From contig JAANOX010000247.1 of assembly GCA_020184695.1 (NCBI GenBank), positions 119,852 to 183,851 on the forward strand: 64,000 nucleotides of DNA, given 5' to 3'. A program made the position numbers and the translations under genes. Shown piece by piece: positions 32,115-42,589 of this stretch. Below the pieces are notes generated by a model. The model saw only the letters and a list, made by a program, of their open reading frames with translations, had not been told where the DNA came from and made no database searches. This DNA is from Histomonas meleagridis 2922-C6/04-290x. Taxonomy: Eukaryota > Protista > Parabasalia. Positions within the stretch are counted from its first letter, which is position 1, and every line of letters begins with the position of its first letter.

Positions 32115-32969
32115 TTATTTAATGAATTCTTGAATTGTTGTATTCAAGTCTTCTTGAATAACAATTGAGCGATTTTCAATTCGATAGAAAAACTGTGGAT
32201 CATTTTGATTAATTCTGATTAGTTTCCAATTAGGAATCTTATAAACAAATTCTTCGAATGGTATTCTTAGAGCGCCAGGAGAATTAAATCCAACACCAAG
32301 TTCCAACAAAACGAGTTTTTTGTTTTCATTTTCTCTTAAAAATTTCATATAATTTGGATAATTAACAAAGTTTGGCTTTTCGACAAAGAGTTCATCTTTT
32401 CGAAGATTTGGAACTAAGAAGTTTCCACAATGTGGACAAAGCGGAACATCGTTTTCTTGTATTGACATAGTTTTATGGTTCATATTCTTTAACATTCTTT
32501 GTACCATTTCATAGTTATTAAATACTTCTTGACAACAAGGAACAGAACATTGGAAATTCATATAATCTCCTTGCATTGCAAATATTTTTGTAGCATCAAA
32601 TCCCGATTTGTAAAATTGCCCATCTGTGTTTGTAGTAGCTACAAAGTAATTTTTGTTCTTTACTAAATCATAAAGATTTTTATAGATTTGTAATCCTTCA
32701 GTTTGATATCGAATATTATTAATGTGTGTGGCCCAAAATGCATAATATTGTAAATAATTTTTGTTATTAACTTCCCAAAAATGACCAACACATTCCCATA
32801 AATTTTTGGCTCCACATTTAGAAAATCCTGGATAATGTGTTTGGAAATAAATTGGATCAATATAATTAAGTCCTCCTGCTGCTGAAAGTCCAGACCCTGC
32901 ACCAATTAAAACAGCATCGCTTTCTTGGATCAATCTCTTAGCTTCTTGAATTGATTTATTACTTGACAT
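32115..32969 (-). CDS. Class M sirtuin (SirTM-like ADP-ribosyltransferase)
   Basis: ATG 32969. LIGAGSGLSAAGG, TTNTDGQF, QGDY in place of the usual HG, CxxxC/CPHC zinc site, PNLR, LLELGVGFNSP. Confidence 0.85.
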   Translation of the reverse strand: MSSNKSIQEAKRLIQESDAVLIGAGSGLSAAGGLNYIDPIYFQTHYPGFSKCGAKNLWECVGHFWEVNNKNYLQYYAFWATHINNIRYQTEGLQIYKNLYDLVKNKNYFVATTNTDGQFYKSGFDATKIFAMQGDYMNFQCSVPCCQEVFNNYEMVQRMLKNMNHKTMSIQENDVPLCPHCGNFLVPNLRKDELFVEKPNFVNYPNYMKFLRENENKKLVLLELGVGFNSPGALRIPFEEFVYKIPNWKLIRINQNDPQFFYRIENRSIVIQEDLNTTIQEFIK

Positions 32970-33190
32970 TCCTTGACGAATAAAAAAATGAAGAAAACAG
33001 AACATGAATTTAAAGAAAAATTTCATTATATTCAAAATTGTTCGCCGGCCAATCGTTTTCAATGATATTCAAAAAATGGAACCCGGGTATACCCTTAAAA
33101 GGACGTTTAAAAATAATCACCTTTTGAATTAATTTTGATCGTAAAAAACTAATTAACTTTCCTTTTTGAAATGCCATTTTCTGAATTTCA

Positions 33191-34834
33191 ATGAACAGCC
33201 AAGACGGAGATGGCGAAGAAATAACAATAAGTGATGATTCTGCATGTGATTTTGTTTACGAGGAAGATGATAATGACAAAAATATCTATGGAAGAATTGA
33301 AGAATACATTAATTCAGCCTCAATTTACATACCATCATTTGAGTATAAATATATTAAGAATGGGTTATTTTACATTTCTGTACCAACTTCTGTTTTACCA
33401 TTATCAATACGAAAAGTAAATTTTGATCAAATACAAAACTTAGTTACAATACATATTACTCTTAGCAAGGGCGACAACCCATTACGCCAAGAACCTATTT
33501 CTATAACCTTAGATTCTGAAGGGCAGAAAAATTTTCTTGGTAAAACACTTCTTCAATCACATCTTAAAACATTTTTTAGTGAGGATTACAATCCGCGTAC
33601 ACGTAAATTGCGCTCCAAATCACTTCTATTAAATCCCAGCATTTTCCTTTATGAGCATAGACCTGACTCATCAAAATTAGACGAACTCATTTCAATGGGA
33701 TTTGATCGTACTTTATCTGAATTTGCGTTACTTCAAACTCGCAATGATTTAGAATCCTCTATCGAATTATTATTATCTGATTCAGTTTTTCCTTTATTTG
33801 ATATCACATATATATCATATGAAGAATCTCCACTTGTATATTTATCGATTGAGATCATTGATTCATTTTTAGATCTTGTTGACCATTGTTGTATTTGCGG
33901 AAAAGAATTGGAATTTAATGGTATTAAACCAGTGGTATGTAGTAGTCCATTGTGTTATTTCAGTTTTGTCAACATTGGAGTTGGCGCGAATTTAATTCAA
34001 GAAATCCGTCGAGATCCAACAGCAACTGATTTAATAGTATCAATAGCATCATATGCTGCAGGGACAAGCTATATGATGCCACATCCAGATGCAAATGAAA
34101 TTGAACTTCAAAATTTTTTTAATGACCTTCCAACAATACAACGAATTCTTCAAACAAAAAATGACCAAGAGCTATATTCCCTTCTTGGGAAAACCAATTT
34201 TGAGATCTTACGATTTATCATGTTAGCGAATCGATCACATTTGATCACATTAAAAGGCCACAATCGACTAAGCGAGCTCAATTCCGTCGATTACCAGTTC
34301 CTAATTACGTCTGCTCCACCCGAAAAAGAAGTTGAATTGAATCGACTTAAGACCAAATACGGACAAATATGGCTATGGCATGGAAGTCCCACAGACAGAT
34401 GGTACAGTATATTCCATAATGGCCTCAAAGATTATGCTAATACGAAATGGCAATCACATGACGGACATTGGAAAGGCATTCCAGGCGTTTATGAGTCGGA
34501 CGAATTTTCGTATTCGTATAGCTATAGTCTGGGCAATAGTATGTCGTTGGGTAACAAATATAAAAATTCGATGCTTCCGAAAAACTTTATAATCGTTGCA
34601 TTGGTGGAAAACGCAAAAATGCCCGACTTAAGGTTCGTGATGAACAACGAATACGCGCAAAAAAACGAAAAGGCACTGATCCCAAGAGTGCTGATGCTGG
34701 TGAGCACTATGGATACGGCGCGCAATTTAAATGCAAAATGGAACACAATGAAAAAACCTCCGAAACATGTACCGGATTTGGAGGAAATTATCGGTGTTCC
34801 AAAAATGATAATTGACGAAAATGTTTTATGCTAA
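33191..34834 (+). CDS. PARP6/8-like ADP-ribosyltransferase with a UBA domain
   Basis: UBA (LDELISMGFDR...ALLQTRNDLESSIELL), Cys-rich HCCICG...KPVVC...C, catalytic WHGS..DRWYSIFHNGL, GVY and NEY. Confidence 0.85.
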   Translation: MNSQDGDGEEITISDDSACDFVYEEDDNDKNIYGRIEEYINSASIYIPSFEYKYIKNGLFYISVPTSVLPLSIRKVNFDQIQNLVTIHITLSKGDNPLRQEPISITLDSEGQKNFLGKTLLQSHLKTFFSEDYNPRTRKLRSKSLLLNPSIFLYEHRPDSSKLDELISMGFDRTLSEFALLQTRNDLESSIELLLSDSVFPLFDITYISYEESPLVYLSIEIIDSFLDLVDHCCICGKELEFNGIKPVVCSSPLCYFSFVNIGVGANLIQEIRRDPTATDLIVSIASYAAGTSYMMPHPDANEIELQNFFNDLPTIQRILQTKNDQELYSLLGKTNFEILRFIMLANRSHLITLKGHNRLSELNSVDYQFLITSAPPEKEVELNRLKTKYGQIWLWHGSPTDRWYSIFHNGLKDYANTKWQSHDGHWKGIPGVYESDEFSYSYSYSLGNSMSLGNKYKNSMLPKNFIIVALVENAKMPDLRFVMNNEYAQKNEKALIPRVLMLVSTMDTARNLNAKWNTMKKPPKHVPDLEEIIGVPKMIIDENVLC

Positions 34835-35577
34835 AAATTTGTAGAAAGAATTTCTAATTAAAAATGTGTAAATGTATATGCGTCTTAAAGAAGAATTTGT
34901 GAATTAGAAATTAAATATTTCAAAAAGTTATTTGTGAAAATCCGCTGAATGATGACGTTGAATGACTGAGAATTATGTTATTCTTTCCATTGATGAAAGT
35001 TTAAGTTGGCAAAAAAACATTTGTCGTAATTGCTTTTATACAATTAAAAGTTAAAGAGCATTTATATTTATTAAATATAAATCAATTGCAGAATTAAGAA
35101 ATGTGTACCATTCGATTTATAAATAACTAAATGAATTTGGAATGAAAAAGTATTTTTTTTGATAAATTTCCATTTGGATATTTAATTAATTTTGGAACAC
35201 TTATATCATATGATAATGAAAACAAAAATTTTCTTTAGTATAAAAGTAATAGAACTTGGAATGTTGACACATGATAAATATTCTAAAAATGATTTAATAA
35301 ATTTATTGTTTACTTAAAAAATAAAGAATGGTAAAATAATGTAGATTAAAAAATTTGGCAATATTTATAAAAAAGATTTAATTTTATGATTTCATATTTC
35401 AAATATTCAATTTAAATCTCTTCAGTTAACTTAATAAAGAAATAAAAAATAATTAATTTAAATTGAATTGTTTAATTAATTTTTAAAACCATAGTTTTTT
35501 GTATGAATTTTAAAAAGTATAAATTTAAATAATTTTTTAACCCAAATTAATTTTTATACTTATCAAATCCGAAAATA

Positions 35578-36873
35578 ATGGAAGGACTCAGCAAAATGAA
35601 GATTAGTTGGTTGAAAGGATGGAAAGAATGCTATCTTAAAATTAGTTTTAATAAACTTGAAATATTTGAACCAAATCAAACTAAACTTCTTTTAACACTT
35701 GATTTAGTAAAAGCTAAAAGAATTGAATCTTTAAATAATCCTCATAAATTATATTCTTTTCTAATTGAAACTGATAAAGTGCATCAATTTCAAGTAGATT
35801 CAGAAGAAAATTGCCAAAAATGGATTATTGAATTAAAGAAACATTCCCAGACAGATATACCACATAATAATAAAGTTAATATTGATGATTTTAAAATTCT
35901 TAAAGTTATTGGACGTGGAGGATATGGAAAAGTTCAACTTGTAAGGCATATTCCTACAAATAAATTATATGCCATGAAATCTATGTCAAAAAAATTATTA
36001 GCTGATAGTAATTTAATTAAAAAGATTATAAATGAAAGAAATGTTTTAATTTCTTCAAATCATCCATTTATTGTTAGTGCAAAATATACATTTCAAACCG
36101 AAACGAAATTATTTTTAGTTACAGAATATATTCCTGGAGGAGAATTATTTCAAAGGATAACTGAAGAACGTGTATTTTCACCAGAAAGAGTTCGATTATA
36201 TGCAGCACAAATTGTATTAGCAATTGGTTATTTACATGGCAAGGGAATTATTCATCGTGATTTAAAACCAGAAAATATATTAATTAATCAAAACGGATAT
36301 TTAAAAATTACTGATTTTGGTCTTGTTAAAAAAATAACAGAATTTGATGAAAAAGCAAATACTTTTTGTGGAACACCTGGTTATATTGCTCCTGAAATAA
36401 TAATGGGAGATAGTTACGACAAAAGTGTAGATTGGTGGGCTTTAGGTTGTATAATATATGAATTATCGTTTGGATTGCCTCCTTTTTTTAGTGAAAATAT
36501 TAATGAAATGTATATTTCAGTAATACGAGAAACAATTGAATTTCCACCAAAAGCAGATATGCTTTTAACAGATTTATTAGCAAGATTATTAGAAAAAAAT
36601 CCAACAAAAAGATTAGGATCAAGCGAAAAAGATTATTTGGATATCATTTCACATCCATATTTTATGAATATTAATATCAATAGTTTATTACATGAAAAAA
36701 TACCAATGGAATGGAAACCTCATATTAAAAATGAAATGGATGTTTCACAGTTTAGTGTAGAATTCACATCTATGAAACCAACAATTTCTCTTGAAGATCC
36801 ATCAGTAATTTCCTATTCTATTCAAGATCAATTTACAGGTTTCTCATACATGGATGACAACCAAATATCATAA
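35578..36873 (+). CDS. PH-domain AGC kinase (Akt/PKB-like)
   Basis: N-terminal PH domain; GRGGYGKV, HRDLKPEN, DFG, TFCGTPGY; hydrophobic motif FTGFSY. Confidence 0.93.
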   Translation: MEGLSKMKISWLKGWKECYLKISFNKLEIFEPNQTKLLLTLDLVKAKRIESLNNPHKLYSFLIETDKVHQFQVDSEENCQKWIIELKKHSQTDIPHNNKVNIDDFKILKVIGRGGYGKVQLVRHIPTNKLYAMKSMSKKLLADSNLIKKIINERNVLISSNHPFIVSAKYTFQTETKLFLVTEYIPGGELFQRITEERVFSPERVRLYAAQIVLAIGYLHGKGIIHRDLKPENILINQNGYLKITDFGLVKKITEFDEKANTFCGTPGYIAPEIIMGDSYDKSVDWWALGCIIYELSFGLPPFFSENINEMYISVIRETIEFPPKADMLLTDLLARLLEKNPTKRLGSSEKDYLDIISHPYFMNININSLLHEKIPMEWKPHIKNEMDVSQFSVEFTSMKPTISLEDPSVISYSIQDQFTGFSYMDDNQIS

Positions 36874-37466
36874 TAATTTTTAAACATTCATTAAATAGTG
36901 TTAATAAAAATAAATTTATAATTTTTTTTTAATTAAAAGATACTGAAAATCATTGGGAAGAACGATAAAACTTTTTGTAAGACGATTCACTTGAAACTGA
37001 TCGTTTTTACTTCCAACTCGACTTGCGATTTCCACCCATCGTATATAGCGATCATCCTACGATCTTGACATTATAAATATATAATATATATACATTATTA
37101 CATCTATGATTAATATAAATCTAAGAATAATATCATAATTAGCACGAGATAAATCTATTCTTTCATTCCAAAAAGTGACGAAGATCGACTTTTGGATGAT
37201 TTATATCAAACGATAGCAGCAATGATAAATGACGATAGGAGCAAATTTGAATGAAGGTAAATATTATCAAAATTTTTGATATTAATATCAAACTCATTCA
37301 ATCGTCTAGAATAAGTTATTCTTCAATGGCGTTTGCTCAAGTGGCTTTAGATTCATAAGAAATCCTATTAATATTCAATATTGATTTGATATTTTCCTCA
37401 AAATTTTTATTAACAAAGTTTAAAAATTATTACAATTTTTTTAATTATAAAAAATATTTTATTCAT

Positions 37467-40400
37467 TTAAGCACTTGCAGTTTGCGGTGTATCACAACAT
37501 GGACATCTTCCAGTCTTCGACACGAACAATCCCCAATCAGTTCTATTTGCCACTGCTCCACATGCAGTGCATTTCACTGGCTTCAACACAGGTGCTCCTG
37601 TTATACAGCAGCAATCGAACTTCATACCGCAGAAGTTACATTTCAAATTTCCCATAAAAATTTCCTTTTTACATTTCGGGCATTGCATTAATGGAAGTTT
37701 TGGTTCCACGTCTTCGTTTATCGTCATTTCGAGTACCCAATCGTTAATTTTTGCGATAACATCACTTGATATTGCATGCTGCTTCCGTAGACATAATTCA
37801 CGTGGTATATCAGTTCCTTCGAATTTCTTATAATCGATTTGAGATGTTTGTTGTAAGTCACCGTTAGATATAACTTCCGATATTTCCAAAAATCGCGTGA
37901 AGAATATAATTGCGAATTCGATTTTCTTATTATTTTTCATTATATCACCAGCTTTATAAAACAAATAATCGGAAGGTAATATGTTCGAATAACGTAACAA
38001 AGAAATTGCGATTTTTTCCAATAATTGATTTAATCCTAAGTTATAACATGTATGTTGTTGACATAACAAATGTATACCAATCGTAAAATGTTGTAATACA
38101 TTAAAATCTTTTGTATTATTATTCATGTTTCTAATGATTTTATATAACATTTGACGCATAGCAAACACTGATGGACTTAAATTATCATAATTAATTATCG
38201 AATAAATTGTTTCTTTGCATAATGATATATATGAAGGGATATTCGATATGTTTGAACTTGGAGAATATTTAGCTAAGACAGAAATAGCTTCATCATATTT
38301 CTTTTGATTAATAAGTTCTTGTGAATATAACATTGTATATTTCTCTAAGTATTGTGCACCTAATTCTTTAGCTTTAGTTAAACATTCATTCCATTGACCT
38401 TTTTGTGCATATACTTCTAAGGCAGCATCTAATTTTCCGATATTAATCAAACCTTTCGTATCAGAATTCGTTGCTAAATATTCTTGATATTCTTGTTGGA
38501 ATTTCTCTTGTTCTTCTGGTTCTAAATAATTAATTAATGGTAACGCATCATCCCACATATTAGCCATTTTATATATTTCTATTGCATCTGCATAAGCTTC
38601 AATTGATTCTAATATTTTGCCTAATGATTTATGACGATTTAAACTAATTAATAATTGTGCTACTGATGTAACTACATCGGGTAATTTGTTCTGACAAAAG
38701 TTCGCTGATAATTTTACCGCTCGTTCTAAGACTTGATCATATCTTTCTTCACTACCACAATCTTTAACTGTTAATGATAAATATGTAGAAATAGCATCTT
38801 CATATTGATGTTGTTCTTCATAATACATAGCTTTCTTAAGTAAACTTGTATTACTAGTTGAAGAATTAGTTGTTTTAGTTTTGGAAGATGTCGGATTTAA
38901 TGGTATATCAGTAATACCATATTTATTAGCTACGCGTTGTGCTTCATTCCACATCTTTTGATGTACATACATTTCAACTGCTTCACGTGGTTGATCAGCA
39001 GCTATATAATGTAATTCTGCTTGTTCGAATTTATTTTGTGCTTCATATGATGTACCTATTTTAGTATGTGCAAGTTTTAATATGTTTTTGTTTAATGTTT
39101 TACATGTCTTCATGATTTGTAATGCTAAATCATAAATACCTTGTTCACTACAATATAATAATGACTTCTCTATAAGATTAAGTTGTTGTAACTTTTTAAC
39201 ACCTGCTTCTCCTCCTATAGATAATGCCCAATATACAGCTACTTGAATTTCTAAATCTTTCTTTCCATATTGTTTGGCTATACGTAATGCATCTGAGAAT
39301 TTCTTTTCTTGTCGATACATAAAAATAGCTTTTTCATATTCGCCTGAACGTATATAACAATTTTCAGCTAATTCTAAATTACCTTCACGTTCAGCTTGTA
39401 TTGCCATATTAATTAATTGTTCTTTATTACCACCGAATTGACTTGTAAGTCGTAAAACATTTTCTGAATCATTTACAGAGTTATACATTTCGATAGCTAA
39501 TTCAGGCTTCTTAATTGCTAAATAAATATTCTCGGCTATTTTACGTGTTGATTCTTTCTTTTCATTCTTTTTAGCAATTTGTATAAACAATTTTTCATAT
39601 TCACTTTGTTTCATATGTCTTTTAGCATGTCTTAAAGCGTCATCGATTTTATTACAATTCAAATACATTTCAATTAATTCTTTATGTGCATCTACTGTTA
39701 AAAACAAATCTTCCGCAGTATTAATATCTTTAATTGATGCGAAGTATCGTCCAACTCGTAAATATTGTAATTTTAATTCATCTTTTAATGTCGGTGATGA
39801 TGAACAATTCCTTAAGATTTCGGCTGCTTGATTCCATTGTTGAGCTCTTAAACTACAATTTAATGCTAATGAATAATCACCACTTTCAATATAATGGAAT
39901 GTCGCTGCATCATTTTGTCCTTGTGATACTAAATAATCACCCCATTCATGTTCGATTTCTATAACTAATTCTGGCGCAGAAACTTTTGCTAAATCTAAAG
40001 CCTTATAATATGAATGACCTTTTCTATAATTAGTTAAAGCTTCATTAATATTTCCAAGTTTTTCATATATTTGTCCTGCTAAATCAAATCGATTATTCTT
40101 AATTAATGATTCTGCTACATGTGTAAGAATTTGTGGATTAGCTTTATCATTATTATTTAATAATATTTCAGCTGCTAATTGTGGTTTATTACCTTGTAAA
40201 CATAAATCTATAGCTTCATTAATTTCACCTTTTTTAGCTTTAAGATTTGCTAATGTTTGATATTGATTTGTTTCTAATAAATGTGCATAATATTCATCAC
40301 GAAATTGCTTAGAACGATTTGGACATCTTAGATCAGTTAAATCTAATAACTCATTCCACATATGCATTGATTTATACATATTAATAGCTTCATCTAATTG

Positions 40401-42497
40401 ATCATGTTCAATTAAACAATATTCAGCTTGTTTGAAATTGGATTGTAACATTGATATTTGTGCTTGAACTAAACAATGATTAATTCCATATTTCTCGATG
40501 TTCTTATTAATCTTATGTAAAAATCTTGCTTTAGATAAATCACCGATATTAGAATAACTAATTTCAGCAATTAAAAAGTCATGTTCGCGAAATGATATCT
40601 CTGCTAATTCTGTCCATAATGCTTTTAAGTTTATAGACATTTTCATTTGTAATAAAATCTTTGCTGCTTCTTTAAGTTTCTTGGATTCAATTGCAGCTGA
40701 AAATGATATAAATGATCCATCTAAAGGAAAATTAATGTTTTTCCCATTTGATGATATAATTACTGAAGTTTTTGTACCTTTTCGAATAGTATCTATTACG
40801 TCACCTTCAATTTCATTAATTTGTACTTCATCAGGTGATGTAGGTGAATACCATACATATAATGATTTCTTACTTTGTGCTACAACTACATTAGCATCTG
40901 GTACCCATTGAGCATAATTACAAGAGTTTAATATTCCATTTAAATTCTTTGATTCAATATTATATAAATAAAGTTGTCTTTTAGCATCTCTAAATAATAA
41001 CATTGTACCTGAAACATTTAATTCAAGCCAATCGATTTTAAATGGTATTTGTACAGTATCAATTGTCATTAAAGTTTCAATATTAATTATACGAATAGTT
41101 TTCGAATCAATTAAATACGCTAAAATTTTCGAATTATTATTTCGTCCAATTTGTACATTAAATCGTAATGATAATAAATAATTATTTGCATATTGTGTAG
41201 TAATTGAAGCTAATGGATTTTGTTTTCCGAATTCAATAATAGTTAATTCACCTAAGTTCCATACAAGTATAGCTATATCATCAATAAAGATAAACTTTTC
41301 AGTGATTTTTTGTTCTCGATCACATAATGAAGTTTGTAATTCACTTGTCTTCAAACTAAAAATATCACCAAATAGAAATGAATTTGTTGTTCGTGATACT
41401 ATATAACGATTTTGATAAAAGTTAGTGGATAAAATTCGATAATCACTTTTAAGGAATAATTCTTTTTTAGAATTTTTTAAATCGATAACTTTAATTTGTG
41501 ATCCAGTAATATGGATAACTTCAAATAAATCTTTGTATTTAAATGAGCCAATAGATGCTGTTAATAAAAAGACTGAACCTGTGGATGATGCAACAGCAAT
41601 TTTACTGCCGTCAGGTGACCATGATAATGATGGAACTGAATAAAGGCCGTCGAATTCAATTTTTGATTGTTCAGTCCATGATTGTAATCGTGTTGAATAA
41701 TTAAATGTATATAATGAGTTACGTCCAGCAACAATTGCTGTTGTTCCACTTGGATCAAATGATGCAGATGTAAAAGATCGTAAATTTGTTTGATTGGAAT
41801 AATCAACATGTGATGAACTAGTACCATTTGGATCAGAAAAGTTAATTTGTAAGTCAGAACCAGCTGCTAAGACTTGTGATCCCCATGCTAATGCTTGTGG
41901 TGGTGATGAGGTTTGTAATGCTATTGTACGAGAACGTGTATCTAAGTTAACCATGAAAACATTACCATCTACATGACCTACTATGACTGCATTCATTCTT
42001 GATGATGATGCAATTGATAATGGAGCAGTTGTATGCTTATATAATTCTTCTGTTTTCTTCATCTTGGTTAATCCACACATAATTGAACCATCACTAAGTC
42101 CATATACAAAATCATTAATACTACTTATTGGCCATGTAACGCAAAGTATAGATGACTTATGTGAAAAACGAAGTGTAATCTTCTTGCGACTATCTGGTGA
42201 TGAGGCTGGCCCTATATCATATACTGCTACTGCCATATCAGATTGAGAAATTGCTAAACGACAACTATCAGGTGCCCATGATAATCCTGTAATTGTAAAG
42301 TTACGGTTGGAAGATTCGTCACGAGCTTTAACAGGAAAACGTGTAGCATCACCTCCATTTGATCTAAAAATGTTGACTAAACGTCCTGTAGTAGCAACAG
42401 CAAGACGTTCGCCATCAGGTGACCATTGGAGACAAACAATTCGTTTATCTGGTGAATTTGTTCCTTCAATTAAAGGCGATTGGATATCGAATTTCAT
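37467..42497 (-). CDS. IFT172: Intraflagellar transport protein 172
   Basis: 1676 aa with N-terminal WD40s matching the IFT172 pattern (WSPDG..LAVAT..R, LSWAPDS..LAISQSD), a long TPR solenoid and a Cys-rich C-terminus. Confidence 0.92.
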   Translation of the reverse strand: MKFDIQSPLIEGTNSPDKRIVCLQWSPDGERLAVATTGRLVNIFRSNGGDATRFPVKARDESSNRNFTITGLSWAPDSCRLAISQSDMAVAVYDIGPASSPDSRKKITLRFSHKSSILCVTWPISSINDFVYGLSDGSIMCGLTKMKKTEELYKHTTAPLSIASSSRMNAVIVGHVDGNVFMVNLDTRSRTIALQTSSPPQALAWGSQVLAAGSDLQINFSDPNGTSSSHVDYSNQTNLRSFTSASFDPSGTTAIVAGRNSLYTFNYSTRLQSWTEQSKIEFDGLYSVPSLSWSPDGSKIAVASSTGSVFLLTASIGSFKYKDLFEVIHITGSQIKVIDLKNSKKELFLKSDYRILSTNFYQNRYIVSRTTNSFLFGDIFSLKTSELQTSLCDREQKITEKFIFIDDIAILVWNLGELTIIEFGKQNPLASITTQYANNYLLSLRFNVQIGRNNNSKILAYLIDSKTIRIINIETLMTIDTVQIPFKIDWLELNVSGTMLLFRDAKRQLYLYNIESKNLNGILNSCNYAQWVPDANVVVAQSKKSLYVWYSPTSPDEVQINEIEGDVIDTIRKGTKTSVIISSNGKNINFPLDGSFISFSAAIESKKLKEAAKILLQMKMSINLKALWTELAEISFREHDFLIAEISYSNIGDLSKARFLHKINKNIEKYGINHCLVQAQISMLQSNFKQAEYCLIEHDQLDEAINMYKSMHMWNELLDLTDLRCPNRSKQFRDEYYAHLLETNQYQTLANLKAKKGEINEAIDLCLQGNKPQLAAEILLNNNDKANPQILTHVAESLIKNNRFDLAGQIYEKLGNINEALTNYRKGHSYYKALDLAKVSAPELVIEIEHEWGDYLVSQGQNDAATFHYIESGDYSLALNCSLRAQQWNQAAEILRNCSSSPTLKDELKLQYLRVGRYFASIKDINTAEDLFLTVDAHKELIEMYLNCNKIDDALRHAKRHMKQSEYEKLFIQIAKKNEKKESTRKIAENIYLAIKKPELAIEMYNSVNDSENVLRLTSQFGGNKEQLINMAIQAEREGNLELAENCYIRSGEYEKAIFMYRQEKKFSDALRIAKQYGKKDLEIQVAVYWALSIGGEAGVKKLQQLNLIEKSLLYCSEQGIYDLALQIMKTCKTLNKNILKLAHTKIGTSYEAQNKFEQAELHYIAADQPREAVEMYVHQKMWNEAQRVANKYGITDIPLNPTSSKTKTTNSSTSNTSLLKKAMYYEEQHQYEDAISTYLSLTVKDCGSEERYDQVLERAVKLSANFCQNKLPDVVTSVAQLLISLNRHKSLGKILESIEAYADAIEIYKMANMWDDALPLINYLEPEEQEKFQQEYQEYLATNSDTKGLINIGKLDAALEVYAQKGQWNECLTKAKELGAQYLEKYTMLYSQELINQKKYDEAISVLAKYSPSSNISNIPSYISLCKETIYSIINYDNLSPSVFAMRQMLYKIIRNMNNNTKDFNVLQHFTIGIHLLCQQHTCYNLGLNQLLEKIAISLLRYSNILPSDYLFYKAGDIMKNNKKIEFAIIFFTRFLEISEVISNGDLQQTSQIDYKKFEGTDIPRELCLRKQHAISSDVIAKINDWVLEMTINEDVEPKLPLMQCPKCKKEIFMGNLKCNFCGMKFDCCCITGAPVLKPVKCTACGAVANRTDWGLFVSKTGRCPCCDTPQTASA

Positions 42498-42589
42498 TTG
42501 GAATTGATAACGGATATTGGGAACGTTATCATAAAAGAACGTTTACCATAATTTTATGAGACCGTTTATTAAACCATTTCCATTTTTAA

